A DNA stretch of 26,196 nucleotides from a virus (taxonomy: Duplodnaviria; Caudoviricetes): IMG/VR virus record IMGVR_UViG_3300037313_001414, positions 1-26,196 of that record. One strand, given 5' to 3'. How positions within the stretch are numbered: the stretch's first letter is position 1; every line of letters starts with the position of its first letter. The position numbers and the translations under genes were made by a program. Shown here piece after piece: positions 23,738 through 26,196 of the stretch. The notes beneath the pieces are model-generated. The model did not search any database. It saw nothing but the letters and a program-made list of their open reading frames with translations, and was not told the DNA's origin.

Positions 23738-25807
23738 ATGAACGAGGCATTTTTTAAACGATTCGGTGGGGGCGCTGAACAACAAGCCGCACCGGCTGCG
23801 CAACAATCCGCCCCAGCTGAACAACAAGCTGCGCCAGCATCAAATGATTTCATGTCTCGTTTCGGTAAAAATCTTGACCCCGCCCAATCGGCCCCATCCA
23901 TCTACGATTCAAGCGAAGAGGGCGCAAGCCCTGAAACCGCACTCAACGTATCGCCTGTTGGAGTTGCCGACCGCGCCGCCATTGGTATCGGTAACCAAGC
24001 AGGCGCGCTTCAATACCTAAAGACGAAATTCGACGATGCACAAGTAACGAAAGAGGGTGCCATTGTCGTTAAGAAAGGTAACACTTGGCATCAGGTTGAC
24101 CCATCGGGTCTCGGCGGCGGCTCGTTACTCGATAAGGCAAAAGAGTTTGGCAAAGACGTCTCCGACCTAGGCGACGTTGCCGCAAACGCAATCGGTTCTA
24201 GTGTGGGCGCCGCCGTTGGTTTATTTGCAGGAGGAGCAGGAGCAATTCCCGGCGCAGGTATTGGCGGTGGACTTGCAGCAACTGCTCGTATCCAAGCCGC
24301 AAAGTATCTCGGCACTTACTCAGCAACCCCTGAAGACGAATTGAAAGACATTGGGCTTGAAGCGATTCTGAGTGCAGGAGGCGAGGGCATTGCACGTGGA
24401 ATCAAAGCAGTAGCTACCTCAAAACCAGTCGTTGATAAGGTTGGGCTCGCGCTCGATTGGATTAAAAACAACGCTAGCCCTGCTGCAAAGGAAGCTGTTG
24501 CTACGATGATTTCTGCCGTTAACCCAGAGATAAAGAAGGATAGTGCGAAAGCCCTTGTTGAGAACGGTAAAGCTGTCATGTCCAAACTCGATTCGGCCAT
24601 CAGTGCTGTGAAGGAAAGCGATGCTGCTGTGCCCCTGAATGTTCAAGAAACTCTCAAAAAACGAGCAGGGGATGCTGTCGGTGCTCTATTCGATAAGCCA
24701 CGCCGCGCGCTAAGCGCCGTCTTTGACCGCGAAGAAAAAGAATTGCTTGCAAACGTTCCGGCAGGATTTCAAGCGGAAGTTGCGCCCGCTATTAATAAAG
24801 CCATGGGCGGACTCGCTGAACGAGGATTTGTAAAACCAATCGTTAAAAGCGAATCGGGCGAAATCGTTGGCTACAAGCTTGGTGACATGAATGCTATCAA
24901 CGAGCAGTTGAAGCACGCCTACAGTAACGGCGCCGATGGCATGAAAGTTATGCGGGACTTGAAACAGTTTGTGGACCTGGCAAACGAGCGGCTGCAAAAG
25001 GACGGTTTAAAGGGCGCCGACGCTGCTGAATCAATCATTCAAACCCGCAGAGCTTTTGACAAGTTCTATTACACAACCGTTAGAGCTAATGAAGCAATGC
25101 GTGAAGCATTGATGCCTATTAGCGGCGCCTTGCGCGACGACTTGGTGTCGACCTTGGGTAAGGCCGGGACAGATGTCGCTAACAAGTATGCTGCAATGAA
25201 CAGCAAATACGCAACGATGCTGCCGCATGTGGCCGAAGCCGACCGCGTAATGCGCCTCTATAACGGCAAAAACGCCTTCGTTAATAAGCTTATGGGCGAC
25301 GATGCAAGCAATGCAAAGAATCTTGTTAGCGTAATGGAGCAATTAAAAGGTAAGGCCGGAACGAACCTCGCAACTGATTTGAATCAAACTGTTGCCGCAC
25401 AAGACTTTGTTAAAGCCTTCCCTCACTTGTCATTCAAGAAAATCGGTGTTGCATCGGCAATCGGTTACGGCGCAAGCCATGGTGTCCTTGGACCGCTGGC
25501 ACTTGCAGGCACCATCCCAGCCGCAGCAATGCAGTCGGGCCGTCTTGTTGGAAGGACCGTTGCTGGCGCGCAGGGCGCAGTCCAGGCTGCATCAAGCGCA
25601 GCCGCCGCCTCGCTTCCATATGCACGCCAGTTCGGCACTCTAATGAAGTCCCTTTCAACCGAACAAATGCGCGAGCTAATGATGCATCCTGATGCCTTTC
25701 CGAAGTTGCTACAAGGAACAGCACTCGCTTCCCAGCGTGAAGAACAAATGAAACAACAACTCCTTGAAAACCACGGCGTCATCCCACAGCAAGGAGGTGA
25801 CCAATGA
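23738..25807 (+). CDS. Internal virion / DNA ejection protein 3 (putative)
   Basis: 689 aa, Ala-rich, glycine-zipper segment GSSVGAAVGLFAGGAGAIPGAGIGGG; SD AAGGAG. Confidence 0.7.
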   Translation: MNEAFFKRFGGGAEQQAAPAAQQSAPAEQQAAPASNDFMSRFGKNLDPAQSAPSIYDSSEEGASPETALNVSPVGVADRAAIGIGNQAGALQYLKTKFDDAQVTKEGAIVVKKGNTWHQVDPSGLGGGSLLDKAKEFGKDVSDLGDVAANAIGSSVGAAVGLFAGGAGAIPGAGIGGGLAATARIQAAKYLGTYSATPEDELKDIGLEAILSAGGEGIARGIKAVATSKPVVDKVGLALDWIKNNASPAAKEAVATMISAVNPEIKKDSAKALVENGKAVMSKLDSAISAVKESDAAVPLNVQETLKKRAGDAVGALFDKPRRALSAVFDREEKELLANVPAGFQAEVAPAINKAMGGLAERGFVKPIVKSESGEIVGYKLGDMNAINEQLKHAYSNGADGMKVMRDLKQFVDLANERLQKDGLKGADAAESIIQTRRAFDKFYYTTVRANEAMREALMPISGALRDDLVSTLGKAGTDVANKYAAMNSKYATMLPHVAEADRVMRLYNGKNAFVNKLMGDDASNAKNLVSVMEQLKGKAGTNLATDLNQTVAAQDFVKAFPHLSFKKIGVASAIGYGASHGVLGPLALAGTIPAAAMQSGRLVGRTVAGAQGAVQAASSAAAASLPYARQFGTLMKSLSTEQMRELMMHPDAFPKLLQGTALASQREEQMKQQLLENHGVIPQQGGDQ

Positions 25808-25998
25808 GCTGCGAAAAGCTAATTTGCTATCTGAGTAACGATGCACGCATTGCTTACGAGAAGCTGCTGAAAGCAGGCATCGACCGCGAACTCGCTTTTA
25901 CAATGGTTGAAAGTCTGGGCGGCGAGGAAGTTTATTGCTTGGATGATGACTCGATAGAAGTGGGGGGTGCCAGCAATGAGCAGCAACCAGTTTCATGA
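25804..25998 (+). CDS. Small acidic hypothetical protein
   Basis: SD GGAGGT; ATGA overlap with the upstream gene. Confidence 0.65.
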   Translation: MSCEKLICYLSNDARIAYEKLLKAGIDRELAFTMVESLGGEEVYCLDDDSIEVGGASNEQQPVS

Positions 25999-26196
25999 CA
26001 TGATTGTTGGCACTCTAGAGCGTCATGCTGAGAAGCTTGACGTTTACAATGCCAACTTGGAACGACTGACGGTGACAGTTGAAGAACATGTTCGCCGAAC
26101 GAACCTGCTTGAAAGCCAGCTGAAACCCATTAAAGCACATGTCGATTTCATCAATACGCTTGCTAAATTGGTAACAGTTGGGGCTGCATTTCTTGT
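25976..26196 (+). CDS. Coiled-coil protein with C-terminal hydrophobic segment (holin/XhlA-like), 3'-truncated
   Basis: Hand translation MSSNQFHDMIVGTLERHAEKLDVYNANLERLTVTVEEHVRRTNLLESQLKPIKAHVDFINTLAKLVTVGAAFL..; SD GGGGGTG; frame is open to the window end. Confidence 0.55.
   Translation, partial: MSSNQFHDMIVGTLERHAEKLDVYNANLERLTVTVEEHVRRTNLLESQLKPIKAHVDFINTLAKLVTVGAAFL

Noticed and set aside
6391-26196. Alternative genetic code (stop-codon reassignment)
   Set aside because: All major genes are intact under the standard code, and TAG, TGA and TAA all serve as terminators at gene ends.

Overview
The window is a 26.2-kb piece of a tailed dsDNA bacteriophage genome with podovirus (P22-like) architecture. 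1-730: the 3' end of a probable primase/helicase gene, followed by an inverted-iteron, AT-cored replication-origin-like element. 750-6300: a regulatory/early region with winged-helix-like ORFs, two paralogous ribbon-helix-helix (RHH)-like genes, a lipoprotein and a leftward cassette of tiny ORFs with sigma70-type promoters and a recurring TAA(C/G)TGTC motif. 6391-26196: a rightward morphogenesis operon of terminase small and large subunits, portal, scaffold, Mu gpT-like major capsid protein, a 1535-aa head-tail adaptor apparently fused to a tail fibre, nozzle, tail-collar protein, GNAT, three ejection proteins and a truncated holin-like gene. The most unusual signals are two highly structured intergenic RNAs: one of about 112 nt before terS with a GAAA tetraloop and a receptor-like arm, and one of about 185 nt, pseudoknotted, before the capsid gene. 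Also notable are the adaptor-fibre fusion, a shared TTGAC-N28-GTCAA box at the terS and portal start codons, several apparently leaderless genes, a 5x24-bp repeat of the RHH gene end, and no GATC found in a manual scan of the whole window. All family calls come from reading motifs and gene order; no database search was run.
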